Source: Octopus vulgaris
Lineage: Eukaryota
Assembly (NCBI GenBank): GCA_951406725.2
Contig: OX597825.1
Coordinates: forward strand, 27,404,001-27,468,000
Length of the DNA: 64,000 bases
Direction: 5' to 3'
Made by a program: the position numbers and the translations under genes. How positions within the stretch are numbered: the first letter of the stretch is position 1; every line of letters starts with the position of its first letter. Under the pieces are notes generated by a model. It searched no databases, was not told the origin of the DNA, and saw nothing but the letters and a program-made list of their open reading frames with translations. Shown one piece after another: positions 42,719 to 57,815 of this stretch.

Positions 42719-44339
42719 GTATTGACCTTCGTTTGGTAAGAAAAATTACAGAAAGATAAACAATGTATATCAGTGAGGTTCACCTTGACCTTAGTTTCAT
42801 ATTATTTTAGGGTCAAAAAAGAAAGTATCGACATAATGCGTTATGCTACTGATTTTCGCAACTTCACATCTAAATTCGTCATCAAAGGTAATCAATAGCG
42901 TATCGAACATCAAAATGATTGGAATATATCTGCAATAACAATGTTACTAAGCAATATCGACACGCAAACGTTGAATTTGTCAATGAAGATAGCTTTCACA
43001 AAATTCTAAACTCTATAAATAAACGGAAATCGGCTACAAGAAGTAACTAAGTTAATGATGTCAAACTTATGAGAATAAAAGGAAATAAAAGTAGCTTACA
43101 AACTTCGAAAAGATTGAAGAAAGGAAGATGATTTTAAAAATGCGTGGATTTCTTTTGAATATTCATTTAGCTTTATTCCGAAAATCATAAAGTAATATTC
43201 AGCAGATTTAATTTGCTCCGAACGATTAGAATTAATACGGATGACATTTGATTAATTAAACATTCTCTTTCGGTGAAACATGATGATCACGCTTACGCAC
43301 AGTTTATCAATGTATACCAGCGTACAAAAAATACAAACAAACATGTAAACCGTAAAACGAAATGCATTCAAATAACTTAAACAATGATTATTTCTGCAAT
43401 ACATGAGCCAGAATATGTGACAATAACCATCCTACATTAATTATTACATATGTTTCAAAATTCCAAAATCTGCTTCTTTCACAACATAACAATTTAATCA
43501 GTACTGTAATAATGCAGAAAGGTGGAAGATCATTAACTAATAAATTTAAGTTCACATACACACACACACGAGACGGAAACATATTCTTATAGATTATTGA
43601 TGTTATTTACCAAAGGACTTAGTCATAAAATGTTAATTGAAGGAGTTTCAATAGAATCCCCTGCCTGTTTAGTGTTTGGAATATTTTATGTGTGATTTAG
43701 GAAATAAACTTGTCCAGCAGAAAAATTAAATACTAGATTACTAAATACCCTTGAGAATTTCAAAATATTAACGCTGTTATAGAAATGAAACCAGCCGGCT
43801 CATAGAATTAAAAATGGAATATCAAAAGAATTTAATCCTTGGATGTTAGATTTTCAAATTAAATCAAACACGCACACCACATATTTTAAACAACATATCT
43901 GTATAATGTATTCGCTTGCACATAATTAGTTTCTCAAAGGACAAATATGCAGAACATTTATTACATATGAAAACCACTAACGATATTGTCCCCCTCATAA
44001 TTCTATGAAAATAAAAGAGCAAATTAGTTTCACAACTCAAAAAGAAACTTGAACATGTTTCGATCGAATGTAAAAACAAAATTATTGTACACAATCAATT
44101 AATGTTGTTATAACAAATCAAGGAAGAAGACTGCAAATAAAAGATGTAAATGCCATGAGTATAGTTCACTATATGGCATTTGTCAATAAGAATTCGTTCA
44201 AATATTCCTTTCCAGTGCGATTACATTAAGCGAACGTATCGCCGTAGGAATATTCATTACAGAAATGATGTACAGTACCTTAGTGAGTTCTAAAACAACC
44301 CACTCAATTGAAGGTAATGAATAACTAATTGCTCGACTA

Positions 44340-44735
44340 CATTGCTTTCAATTTTTGGTACAAGTCCAGCAATCTCAAGAGATGTGTTAAATCGATTACA
44401 TCGACTACAGTGCTCAACAGGTATTTACTTTATTTCACTCGTACGTATGAAAGGCAAATAGACGACCTCGGAAGTATTTGAAATCAGAAGGTTGAGAGGG
44501 ACAAAATACCTATTTCTTTACTACCCACAAGGGGCTAAATACAGAGGGGTCAAACAAGTACAGGCACACGGATGAAGTCGATTATATCGACCCCAGTGCG
44601 TAACTAGTACTTAATTTATCGACCCCAAAAGGATGAAAGGCAAAGTCGACCTCGGTGGAAATTGAACTCAGAACGTAACGGCAGACGAGATACGGCTACG
44701 CATTTCGCCCGGCGGGCTAACGTTTCTGCTAGCAC
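44340..44735 (-). mobile_element. SINE family A / older-variant hybrid dimer
   Basis: The minus strand reads ...GTAGTAAAGAAATA|GGTATTTTGT... at ~44510, and the downstream unit is more diverged. Confidence 0.8.
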
Positions 44736-45159
44736 ACTAACATAAATTGTTAGACCATATTGGGAACGTACAGAAGAACTTAGTATATTTGATATATTAG
44801 TTGATTTTATAGTAAAAGGTTTTTGTGAAGTACCTGTCTACTGCATATCATTGTTAAATACTGAAAAAATAAAACAGGAATATTTCGAAAATAAAGTTCT
44901 ACGTATTATACTTTTCTTTGAATGAAGTAAAAAGCATTCTGAAATTGTAAAACATACTGGAGTAAATATAAAGGGAAATGCCACATGCAACAGAAAGAGT
45001 AAACGAAAAGTGATTTAGACTATGAAAAGATAGTTTTATGGAATGCGTGTTTTTTTTTCGGGCGTGTGCCTGAGTATCAGCTGGGTTTAGTTTATGTATG
45101 TATGCTTTTACACGCACGCACACAAGCATGCAGAAACACGTACACAGACAAACACACAC

Positions 45160-45567
<408 letters not shown>

Positions 45568-45829
45568 TAGGTGAATGAATTATCCTATGTTTATCGTCAG
45601 CATGGAAAATTCGTTTAACCGAAACCTGGGTAGCGAATTCACGTCACAAACACGGTTGAAGCGACCTGTCCAAGGGTAGAAACTCCGGGTTCAAGTGCAG
45701 AAATTTGTGTGTTGTATATGAATAAATGAAAGAATGGAGTTGAGAGTAAAGGAATTTTGTTAACATCGTTCGACCTCATTCTTTCATTTATTCACCCCCC
45801 CACACACACATATATATATATATATATAT

Positions 45830-46580
45830 AAAACAGGCAATAATCTTGTAGCTCTTCATCGGCAAGACTTGAAAAAATATAGACAAATGTGAAATGGGTA
45901 CAGTGAACTCACCATGATGAGTGGAATATCCAACGTTTCAAGTTCAATCCCTCGTCAGTGGGAAGGGCAGATAAAATGAGAAGAAAAAGAGAAAAGAGAG
46001 TTAATATCCTCCCAACTTGAAAAACTGGCTCCAACTGATAATGGACGCAGAATAACAGCGGCTACTAACGTGAAATATAAGTTATAAGAAAGGATATGCA
46101 GAAAGGAGATGGAAAAAGGTGATGGAGAGAGTAGATAAAGAAAAGTATATACGAGAATGTTGCGGAGAGAGGGTGGAAAGAAGATTCAAAAGTGTAAAAG
46201 AATTAAGAGGAGGAAAAAACGTTAATTCATAGCTGTTGGGGATATTGTACCTAGATCAAATATGAGATGTTACTCCATTCGTTTCCTAGAGAAGTGGGGG
46301 TCTGTGGTGGAAGGCGATGCCACACACTGATAAATGTGCAATAGAATGATTCACAAGGTGGAATTACAACCGTGTTTCGTGGTCTGGTGTTGGGTGCATG
46401 TCTTCTTCCTTCTTTCTTCTGTTCCCTGGCCTCTTCGATGTATCTCCAGCGAGTGTCAGCCAGTGACTGACTGACTTGTCAAATCTTTCCCTTGAAGTGG
46501 GTGGCGACAAGTTGGCTTGGCATACGTACTATTATGCTTCTGATGTGTTCGCCAAAGCGATGCCCAAGCCGTCGCTGATG
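45830..46580 (-). mobile_element. Second Penelope-like relic (GIY-YIG C-terminal part plus downstream region with hammerhead)
   Basis: The minus strand at ~46490-46575 encodes RRLGHRFGEHIRSI..QLVATHFK (cf. RRLxxRFxEH..VAxHF). The hammerhead lies downstream at 45929-45962. Confidence 0.65.
45929..45962 (-). ncRNA. Minimal hammerhead ribozyme motif with intact core
   Basis: CCCA-CTGACGA-GGGATTGAACTT-GAAACGTT-GG: canonical CUGANGA and GAAA with palindromic AACGTT. Stem II relies on G-U pairs and stem I is short. Confidence 0.65.
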
Positions 46581-46779
46581 GCACTATCGAAAAATCTACG
46601 TTACGTGTTAATTCAAATAACAGTGCAAAGAAGCAAACGAATTTAGTAGAGCAACATACAAATGTATTATGTGTGTTGTTATCCCTAAGTGTGGCAGTTA
46701 TTCTTTTGGTAACTTTTTACCGGAACGCTAAGTTAGGAACACTTTAAAAATCCGACACGGGTTGTCGGTGGATGACATA

Positions 46780-46962
46780 CACCTCTCCCAACACACACAA
46801 ATGCTCAGCGGACTTCTTACTGCTTCACTCTACCAACTTTACTAACTAGGCTATGGCTGATTTGGAGCTATAGTAGAGAGCAGATACCCAAGGCTCTGCG
46901 CAGTGAAATTGAATCCAAATGCATGCTGTTGGGAGGCAAACTTCTCACTACGCAGCCATGCT
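46780..46962 (-). mobile_element. Decayed SINE family B 5' half
   Basis: GCTATAGTAGA..CCCAAGGCTCTGCGCAGTG..CTACGCAGCCATGC is the reverse of the head and CORE. Confidence 0.65.
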
Positions 46963-47122
46963 CGATTAGCGAATAAAGGTACATGCATGTCAAGGTGAGA
47001 TTACGCTTACACATATGTAAATTCGTATAGGTGTTAATATTCATGCTTATGTTTACCAAATTATATTTGGTAGAATGAACCATAACTTTTATGTATGTAT
47101 GTACGTATCTTTCTATCTATCA

Positions 47123-47198
<76 letters not shown>

Positions 47199-47285
47199 GT
47201 CTATCTCCTCACTTATTCGTCTGTCTATTTATCTGTCTATCTATATATTTATCTAGCTACCTATCTATCTATCTATCTATCTATC

Positions 47286-47382
<97 letters not shown>

Positions 47383-47983
47383 CTTGTCTGCCTATCTATC
47401 AATATATCTATCTAACTATCGCTCTATCTGACTGTATATCTATCTATCTAGCTATCTCTATTAATCTATGCATTTATATATAAATACGTGTGTGTACGTG
47501 AGCGAGGTTTGCATACGAACGTGTATTTTTGCGTGCATGCATATATGTGCAAATGTACATAGGTTTGTTAAAGTGACTAGGTGGAATTTATATATGTTCC
47601 AATGAGCGTAAATATATAAGCTTTTGAGTAGACATTTTGAAATAAGTGTGCGAATGTTTATATTGAAATTCATACACGTATAATTTCATACAGTCACGTT
47701 GTACGTATCTACTTAATTTGCTTAATACTTGTAATAACTAATGTTATGAATAGATTTGCATAATTTTAGTTACACAGTTATGTATTTTAATTTTCGTTCG
47801 TTGAGATACATTCCTATGTTTATTTAAACTGACAGATATCTATCTTGAAATATAAGCCATGTTACATTATGTATGTATGCAGCATGAAATGTATATAAGC
47901 ATACAGAAACACACGTAGATATTTATATGTTACTATGTATGTGTTAATGTACGTATGTTTGCATCTCTCGCACTCTCTTTCAC

Positions 47984-48026
<43 letters not shown>

Positions 48027-48128
48027 ATATACATGTATATGTGTGCATGTATATGTGTATGAATGTAAATAAACTGTGTCTGCCCGCTTACACGCATACC
48101 TGCCCTCATATAGAATACATATGCAGAC

Positions 48129-48164
<36 letters not shown>

Positions 48165-48175
48165 AGTGTATATAC

Positions 48176-48216
<41 letters not shown>

Positions 48217-48443
48217 TCTATATACATATATGTATGTATATGTATATATATATAAATACATATATGTATGTATATGTAACAATAAATGCATATATACAAA
48301 ACAGATAAATATCGATAGGTAGGTGGGTAGATACGTGCCTAGACATACATACAGTTACTTACACAGATACATACATATATACATATATACAAACATTCAT
48401 AGTTGCACTAATAAACGAAGAATCTAATACGTGACTATGTACC

Positions 48444-48487
<44 letters not shown>

Positions 48488-48603
48488 GTAGGTATTCGTA
48501 TATATTTGCATTTATGTATCTTTAGAGATTCATATATATCTAAATTTATCAATATTATATACGTGAGTGTATATTTGCACATATGAATATAGGTGTGTGT
48601 ATG

Positions 48604-48658
<55 letters not shown>

Positions 48659-48689
48659 ATATATCTATATATGTTTATATAAAGATAAT

Positions 48690-48721
<32 letters not shown>

Positions 48722-48734
48722 TTATATAAAGATA

Positions 48735-48779
<45 letters not shown>

Positions 48780-49213
48780 ATATATACATACACCCTCCTA
48801 TATTCATACGTGCACATATACACACATATATATAATATTTATAAATAAATAAATATATAGATAGATATATATATATATATATATATACCTTTATATAAAG
48901 AGAGGGAGAGAGAGATGAATAGAAAGAGATGTAGAAAGAAGGACCTAGAGAGTGTGAGAGGGGGAGAAAGGGGGGAGAACCGGAGTGCTGCGAATACAGA
49001 GGAAAAGAGAAGTTGATACTTTCATGTCAGGTAAGGATAGAAACACTATGGAAATACTTTTCAATTAGACTTTACGTTTTTCGCGAGATGTTACGGACAT
49101 GTCTTTAATAATTCAATTATTCTATATTTAACCTGTATTAACATCTAAATCTGACTGTACAATTCAGTTATATTTTGAATACCTTAAATCTGTAAATTTA
49201 AAAATATTATGTG

Positions 49214-49247
<34 letters not shown>

Positions 49248-49649
49248 CGTAGAGATACAGAGAGAGAGAGACGATAAAGAGAGAAGAGAGAACGATACAG
49301 AAGATAAAGACATAGATATATAAATATACTGACATGCACACATATGCATTTATACGTATGTACGCCTATGCACGTACAGGCATTGAATAACATTCACACA
49401 TGCGTACAGCTATGCATGCATATTATTTGTGGTGCAAATGTACATATACTTAGGCACTTAAACACTTCGAAATAAATATTAATCTTTAATTTTTAAAATT
49501 TGAAATATGATTTTATATTTCCTAACTGAATTGTATAACCTCTTGCAAAAATTTATAAGAAATTCAATTATTTATTGCCACCTTCTAATCGGATTCATGC
49601 ATTCAGAATAATGAGCATATTACTATAGAAAAAAGTGCATATATATATA

Positions 49650-49693
<44 letters not shown>

Positions 49694-49766
49694 TGTGTAT
49701 GTGCGCGTGTGTGTGCATTGATATATATATATAGATATATACATATACATACATATACATATATAC

Positions 49767-49802
<36 letters not shown>

Positions 49803-49803
<1 letters not shown>

Positions 49804-50223
49804 GGCGCAGGAGTGGCTGTGTGGTAAGTAGCTTGCTTACCAACCACATGGTCATGGGTTCAGTCCCACTGCGTGGCACCTTGGGCAAGTGTCTTCTACT
49901 ATAGCCTCGGGCCGACCAAAGCCTTGTGAGTGGATTTGGTAGACGGAAACTGATAGAAGCCCATCGTATATATGTATGTATATATATATGCGTGTGTGTG
50001 TTTGTGTATCTGTGTTTGTCCCTCTAGCATTGCTTGACAACTGATGCTGGTGTGTTTATGTCCCCGTTACTTAGCGGTTCGGCAAAAAGAGACCGATAGA
50101 ATAAGTACTGGGCTTACAAAAGAATAAGTCCCGGGGTCGAGTTGCTCGATTAAAGGCGGTGCTCCAGCATGGCCGCAGTCAAATGACTGAAACAAATAAA
50201 AGAGTAAAAGAGTAAAAGAGTAA
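49803..50223 (+). mobile_element. SINE family B, full length
   Basis: Near-identical to 62090-62510, with a (GTAAAAGA)n tail. Confidence 0.92.
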
Positions 50224-50250
50224 ATATAATATATGTAACATATAAATATA

Positions 50251-50489
50251 AGAGAGTGACCATGTGGTCTACTCTAGCACTAAAAATAGATCCGCAAGTT
50301 TTCAGCCACAAAAGAAATTGTTTCCGTTGAAAGTTAGCACTACTACCAGCGCAAATGAACAGGGTGTTTTATTTGCCCTGTTCATTTGCGCTGGTAGTAG
50401 TGCTAACTTTCATCGAAAACAATTTCTTTTGTGGCTGAAAGCTTGCGGATCTATTTTTAGTGCTAGAGTAGACCACATGGTCACTCTCT
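50251..50489. mobile_element. Palindromic MITE / foldback with TA flanks
   Basis: ~115-bp arms AGAGAGTGACCATGTGG...AACAGGG / CCCTGTT...CCACATGGTCACTCTCT, ~10-nt loop, few mismatches, TA on both sides. Confidence 0.9.
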
Positions 50490-50587
50490 TATATTCATGT
50501 ATAAAATGTATCATAATACTTGGTGGTAAATGGATGTACTATTAAATTAGTATCCAATTTTCTCACCCTTATCGGTTAATATATGTA

Positions 50588-50650
<63 letters not shown>

Positions 50651-50731
50651 TAATCCAACAAGAAAACACAGAAAAAAAAGAGGAAAAAAAGAGAAAAAAA
50701 CACAGCAACGCAGGACGTGGAACAATTAAAG

Positions 50732-50784
<53 letters not shown>

Positions 50785-50786
<2 letters not shown>

Positions 50787-50897
50787 GAAAGAATGGAGTT
50801 GAACGACGATTTAACAAAATTCCTTTATTCTCGAAGGCTGCATATTCCTAATTCCGAAGGAATAAGTGGTGCATTATGCCGCCTTCTCATCAGGAAA
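50785..50897 (-). repeat. Repeat fragment shared with 45725-45790, carrying a partial hammerhead-like motif
   Basis: AATGAAAGAATGGAGTTGA..AACAAAATTCCTTTA is shared with the 45.7-kb copy. The minus strand reads CTGATGA-GAAGGCGGCATA...TATGCAGCCTTC-GAGAA, so GAAA is not intact. Confidence 0.5.
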
Positions 50898-51034
50898 AAC
50901 AAGGAACTTATGTCAGCATCAAGATGAACAAAAGCTCTTAGATGACTGCCCATACGGAGCCCATAGCGGTACTTGTTCCTTTATAATAATAATGATGATG
51001 ATGATGATAATAATAACAACAACAACAACAACAA

Positions 51035-52275
51035 TTAGAGAATTAGAGAAACGTGCATCAAACATGAAATGTAAAAAGACCTGTATAAGAAAAAATACAT
51101 GAAAATTGAAGCAGATACCTGAGAAGTAACAGAAAAATTTAACCAGGGTTTATCAACAAAAAACGTGCTGCGTACAACAGTGCCGTAAACGGAAACGCTT
51201 CTTCGAAGAAAATGGAGTATTTAAGAAAAACACGAGAAGATTTTACAGAAAGTTAAACCAAAATGAAATCGATAGATGACATGCCAACAACATCAGAGAT
51301 TCAATAATACTGGGAATGAATATGATGCAAACCATAGCAACACAAAAAATTGATCAATGGATATAGAGAGAAAGAAGGAGCAGGATAATACCACAGGTAT
51401 GGCTCACCATCATAAGCCAAGGGATCACAGACTCACTTTGGACTACCAGTCGGTGGAAAACCCCAGGGATACACAAAGTTCCCAAATTAAGGCTGCAGCA
51501 CATTACCAGTATCCTTACACACATAGCAGCAGCATTTAATTTATTAATAATCAAGGCAGAATCAACACCAAACTGGATGCTTCAAGGAGAAACTGCTCTA
51601 ATTACCCAAAACAAAGACACCATATTCCCCTTAAAATTTTAGGCTCCTAACATGCATATCAACGTACAAACACTCACGTCAGTCATCTATAATCGGCTTA
51701 TAATAGACCTGGAAAGCAGAAATGTTTTACCAGAAGAAGAAAAGGCGTGCTAGAAAGAAATGGATGGTTCTAATGAGCAACGTCTGGTAAACCGACCATT
51801 ATAGAGGACTGTAAGAAAAAAAAGAGACAAACCTTAACAAGGCTTTGAGTGATTATCAGAAAGTGTTCAACAGTGTTCCACACTCATGTATACTGGAATA
51901 TCTTCGCACAAATAGATTGACTCCGACACTACTAAATTATTTCAACCATGCAATGGCAAACTGGAAAACCAGATGACACTGAAAGTGAACCAAAAGTTAT
52001 TAAGACCTGCCCTATACCCATAAGAAGCAGGATTTTCCAAGCAGACTTACTATCATCCCTGCTTTTCCGACTTGCTCTGAACCCAATAATAAACTTTTTA
52101 AACGAAACCAGCATGCTATGGACAAACAATAAATCATCTATAAAGGAACGATTTAAAGATTTCACTAAAAATGATACCATGCAACAGAGAAACCTTCAAA
52201 AAAGTGTTCGTAGCTTCAGCAAGGATATCAGGATGAGTATGGTGCTGGACAAGTGCGATGTAATTCACAAAAGAC
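51035..52275 (+). pseudogene. Decayed R4/Dong-like non-LTR reverse transcriptase
   Basis: RRFYRKL, WKTPG, PNWMLQGETALI, YKTLTSVI, LPEEEKAC, DYQKVFNSVPHS, RIFQADLLSSLLFRLALNP and FSKDIRMSMVLDKC. The YxDD motif is missing. The relic follows an (ATA/ATG/ACA)n tract. Confidence 0.8.
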
Positions 52276-52619
52276 ATTTAGTCTGCTTATTGAATTGTAC
52301 CAATTGAACAATATTTCATCATTTGTCTTCCTCAGTGTGAAAATGGAAAAATGCCCCACAAAATTCAAAATATGAACAGGAATATTCCCGTGTTCCCTTC
52401 TAGTAGACAAAATGACCACCAGGAAAAAGAAAAAAGAATGCAGAGCACTTGTCTATCTTCTTTTGTGTAAATGAGATGACATTTTCCTATCATTTTATTT
52501 ATTCCCACACCTCGTCTGATTGTAACATTATTTCTCTCAACTTCATTGTGTTAATTTATAACTCTGATTTCAATAATTGACAGAGAAGATTGGGTAGAAT
52601 ACATTTTTTGACAATTTTT

Positions 52620-53200
52620 CAAAAGATGACTCAGATGCTTCCATCCCTCATCGCAGTGAACATTGAGGTAAGGAAGAGAAACATGGTGATCAAAAACAGT
52701 TTTCGACCTGATTTGGTGCTTAAGAAAATTAATTTTGGCACAAAATCAAAAGTATTCTGAAGATAGAAACGTTTTTGCCATGGATTAAGACGCCATCTAG
52801 CTACTCTAAAAAATTGGCTGTGCAGTATTTTTAGCAGCTGCTATTGGGGTGCAATGGGAGAACTTTTTCGAACTTCTCGTATATCTTTACAAGACCGTAA
52901 GATACAGGTGATCTTTTATCTGGGTGCTAAATCCAGAATTCAATCACATTTATGAAATTGTTGCCCTCCATTTCTAAAATTATGCTGTCAAGTTCCTCTA
53001 TGTAGGGTTTGGATCAACAGGTATTTTTTTTTTATATGAAGAAGTTTTAAGTGACAAAAGTTCTTCATAAGCCGAAATATACTCACCCTAGTCAGTCAAT
53101 TACTACAATAGCACGTCCCTCATCTGCCAATTTCATCACAAGAGAATCATTGTTAGCTGGACTATGGAGTGCGTTACATTGTGAGATTTGAGGTTATGTC
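52620..53200 (-). pseudogene. Decayed Penelope-like reverse transcriptase
   Basis: Minus-strand relics NNDSLVMK.ADEGRAIVVID, YKKIPVDPNP, PVSYGLVKIYEK, P..PI, TFDFV and YLNV..DEG match the PLE RT motif order ADKG..VV / FYGLPKIHK / RPI / DT.DF / SLYTNIP..EG. Confidence 0.7.
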
Positions 53201-55021
53201 TATGTGACAACATACATAAGATTCTTGAAGTGTTAACGAACATCCCTTCTGAACTTCCTCTTAATACCAACTTGGATATTTTAAATCCAGTTATGTCAGA
53301 TTCAATCATTATTTTCCATAAACATGGATTTTTCTGACTCCGCGCTGCCATCTTCTTTTAGAAAGAATATTCCTTCATCTTGTGACGGCGGACGAACTGA
53401 TATATTTGTGTTTTATATCGTGTTTTCTGGAGTTTTATACTGTATTTTCTTGTTTGACATTAATCCCTCTGGAGTCAATAAAAAAGGAACCTAAGAGCCG
53501 GCTATGCTCTGGGTTCGATATAATGTTCTGTTCTCTTCCACTTAGAAATATCTGCGTAGGTGACTAAATTAGAAACAAATATAGAAATGCTGCTTCAGAA
53601 AGCTAAGTACTCTAAGTAACTATAAAATACATTGAAAGCACTACCAGTGTGTGAATCATTAGTAGTTTATTAACTAGCACAATCGAGCCAATATTAACGA
53701 CATCAATGGCAATGTTACTGCTCGATGAAAGAAATCTCCGATTCTACACGATGTTCGTTGAGAATTGTCGCTTACAGGAACCTTTGAAGAAGACGCATTA
53801 CAAGAGAATACAAGAATACAAGAATACAAACTTAACAGCTATTGTGTTTCAAAGCAAACAATAACATGAAAGATTTAGAATAGTTACGATCAGATTTCTG
53901 CAACTATATCATGACCAAGAAGTTGTAAATAGAAAGAAAATAAATTAATAACTATAAATATATAAAAGCAACGTGCAAATGGTTGTATATAACGTGCGTG
54001 CGATTCTGTGTATGTTTTTCTGCATGCATCATACAAAGATATATATATATAGTAATAATATAATTATTCTATGTTCGGGTTGACACCTTGTAGCATGCCG
54101 TTTAAAACCTGTCCACAGCATTCGGTTACCTGATGTTAACAACACTATGGAGGTATATGCCACTGGATTTACTTCAGGAATTCATTTGTATCCATGGAGC
54201 TATTTATAAAAAGAACGATAGGCAGGAAATAGAACTCACATGACTCTTTATTCAGAAGCACTGCGTTCATTTCGACGCATCATGCACCAGTAATCTACAG
54301 GTAGTATGGTGTTCATTATAGAGACGTAAAGAATGCGACACTAAATGAAATGAAATGTATTGTTATTATAGATATAAGCGAAACGGCAAATAAAACGCGA
54401 ACTACTTTTTGGAGTAGATAGATAGGTGGGTATAGGTATATATGTAGAAATCTATTAATATACTTATATACATATCCAACGTTAGGGAATGGAGTAGATA
54501 AAATTCAGGCTACATTTGCATTCTAGTTAGCAGAACATCGAAGGTAGTAATTACTCAACAAGGTGTACTCCACTGGATATTCATCAAACTGAAGATACCT
54601 TGGTTAAATTAAAGTTACCTTGTCGTGAAGGGATCTCAAAATTTCTAGCGAATTAACTTGGGATCGCTTGATACCATTGTAACCCTCATTTAACTAAGGT
54701 GTCTTCGGCCTGATGTGTAGCTAGTGGAGTACCTCTCGTAGACTATTTACTGTTTCCGAAGTTCTGCTAGCAAGGAAATATATGTAGCCTGGGTTTTACT
54801 CACAAAATTTGGGTTTTTATTCGCATACATAGCAACCCCAGTTGCTAAATGTAAACTGTAAAGTAACTTTTCTCGAACTATCAAACTTCGAGATGGGAAA
54901 AATTCACAACCTTATACGCCAATAAACCACTATTTGTACCTGGAAGATTTTTTATACCGTCTACGGGCAACTCAAAGGTTACAAACTCCCTAAACCTGAA
55001 TCTTTGGATCTTACCTTTATA

Positions 55022-55116
<95 letters not shown>

Positions 55117-55119
<3 letters not shown>

Positions 55120-55562
55120 TTCTGCTCAATACCACAGATTTGCTTGTCAGTTGTTTGACCGTAACCAGTTGAGCATGTCCCTTAGTGGCTGACGATATGT
55201 GCATCTCTGATCACGAGTAGAAGTAGTGGGGGAGCATCATAGCCATGTGTTGAGAGGGATTCTTTGGGGTTTGAATAATTCACCTCTGGAAACATGGGTG
55301 GTTCTTTCAACATCCTTAAACAACCCTTATTCAGGGACCTTTTGAGCGGGATGGGCTACTCAACCTGAAGAAATTTCTAACTGGGCCCCACCTGCAAGGT
55401 CATGAGCTGTTTATCTTGATATGAGATCACCATGTCGCGCAAATATGGTTGTGATGCATGTGCCTGGTGTACCCTTATCAGACGGGTAGTCATGATGGGT
55501 ATATTGGGCTTCGTATATTTTACCTCAGTGTCACTTTGATGACATGAACTGCTCTCTCACTC

Positions 55563-55563
<1 letters not shown>
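55117..55563. mobile_element. Second copy of the (AAT)n-flanked element
   Basis: Matches 27512-27932 and is flanked by (AAT)n on both sides. Confidence 0.85.
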
Positions 55564-55595
<32 letters not shown>

Positions 55596-55761
55596 AAGAA
55601 GAAGAAGAAGAAGAAGAAGAAGAAGAAGAAGAAGAAGAAGAAGGAAGGAGGAGGAGAAGAAGAAGAAGAAGAAGAAGAAGAAGAAGAAGAAGAAGAAGAA
55701 GAAGAAGAAGAAGAAGAAGAAGAAGAAGAAGAAGACGACGACGACTCAGTAACAAATCAAA

Positions 55762-55945
55762 GCGGTATTTCGTCTGCCGTTACGTTCTGAGTTCAATTTC
55801 TGCCGAGTTGGTCTTTGCCTTTCATCATTTCAGGGTCGATTAGATAAGTACCACTTACGCACTTGCTTCTATGTTATCAACTTAATCCCTTTTGTCTGTC
55901 CTTGTTTGTGCCCTATATGTTTAGACCCATGTGGGCAATAAAAAT
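55762..55945 (+). mobile_element. 5'-truncated SINE family A
   Basis: GCGGTATTTCGTCTGCCGTTACGTTCTGAG..core..GTGGGCAATAAA. Confidence 0.85.
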
Positions 55946-56783
55946 AAATAAATAAATATATGTGTATGTGAGTGTTTGTACGTATGTGTGTGTAAACGCA
56001 TGCATTTAACAGGCAGAGAAACTTTTGTAGTTTCGTTGGTTTATAGTGGTTCACTTTTATACTATCGTTGTATTGAAACTAGCTTTGGTGTAACAGCAAT
56101 AATCCTCATCAATAATTTGCAATATATTTTACCACTTCTAGTGAAAACTGTAATTATTTGTCAGATGCAAGTTTGTCTTCATATCCTGTGTGAAATAGCT
56201 CAGACATTTTAAAAATTTTATATGAATAACCTAATCAAGTCTACGTAGCATGATTATTATTAAAATTGAAAAAAATTAAGCAAACCTTTAATGATCCAGT
56301 CTCGCAGATGATAACTGATTTCTCAAATTAGGTAATTATTTTCAGTCTCGTCTTTCTCTTGCTTCCGCTATCAGACATTTAGAATCTATTTGACTTTAGT
56401 TACAAATAATTTCTGAAATGCTGCTATTGTTTGTGTTGATCTATGCTAGTTTATTTTTATTTCACTGTCTGCACATATAATCTACATTTATTTAAATTTG
56501 CTCACGTAATAAAGTATACATAGAAATTCGAATAATCTTGAGTTATTTCCTATGACTATATCTGTTATATTTTATGAAAGCAGCTTCGAAAATTTGATAC
56601 TTCTACGGTAAAACTTCACGAACCTCTCACATAACAAGTGAGATTTCTTTTAGCTTGATGGACTATATTTCTTATCTAAACATGACCTGTGACAAGTAAA
56701 GAAACGCCTCAATCATTATACAAATCTGAGGTCATTTTATGTGATTATGTATTGACCTACCTATCTCTCCCACTTTCTCTTTG

Positions 56784-56862
<79 letters not shown>

Positions 56863-57034
56863 GTTACGTCCTGTGTGTGTGTGCATCTGTTTGTGTGTGA
56901 ATGAGTGTGTGTTATGTGTGGGTGACATATCATTTCAGATGTTAATAACCGTGGATGGGAATAATGACTAAGTCATGTTGGTTATTCGCTCAATATTATA
57001 TAATGGACGAAAAACGGTACTCAGGCTGAATCGC

Positions 57035-57228
57035 TACCACGCTGGACGAAATTATTAGCGGTATTTCGTCCGTCGCTGCGTTCTGAGTTCAAATTTCAAC
57101 GAATTCCACTTTGCCTTTCTTTCATTCGGGGTCGATAAAAGAAGTGCCTGTTGTGCACTGGGGTCGATATGATCGACCCATTCCCCTTCTTCAAATTTCA
57201 GGCATTGTGCCTATAGTAGAAAAGATTA
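57035..57228 (+). mobile_element. SINE family A' (alternative tail)
   Basis: TAGCGGTATTTCGTCC..GGGGTCGATAAAA..CAAATTTCAGGCATTGTGCCTATAGTAGAAAAG. Confidence 0.75.
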
Positions 57229-57342
57229 TGTAATTGATAACATAGTAAATGGTTTCCGCTATGTTTACTAGTGTATTTGATTTCTCAACCAAAAGTCTAT
57301 GCTCACACACATACGGACACACACACACACAAGCACTCACAC

Positions 57343-57378
<36 letters not shown>

Positions 57379-57764
57379 ATACATATATTTATATATATAC
57401 ATAAATATATATTCATATATATATATACATATACATGTATGTATATATTTATATATATATATATGTATATATAAATGTATATAAATATATATACATACAA
57501 AGACTCATATATACATACATATAAATATATATATATATATATGTACATAATTATTGAGTTTGAAAATGCAGAGATTCAGTGGATATGAATTAATTTATTA
57601 ATTATCATTGTCTACAATTCTTTAATTGTACATCCCATTTAAATTACAAAACATATATAAATATATAAGTTTGCATTTCAGAATACCTTAGGTGGGATAT
57701 ATTTCGGACATGAAAAAGGATATTAGATATATTACATTTTGATCGGTTGAAATATTTCAATAAA

Positions 57765-57815
<51 letters not shown>

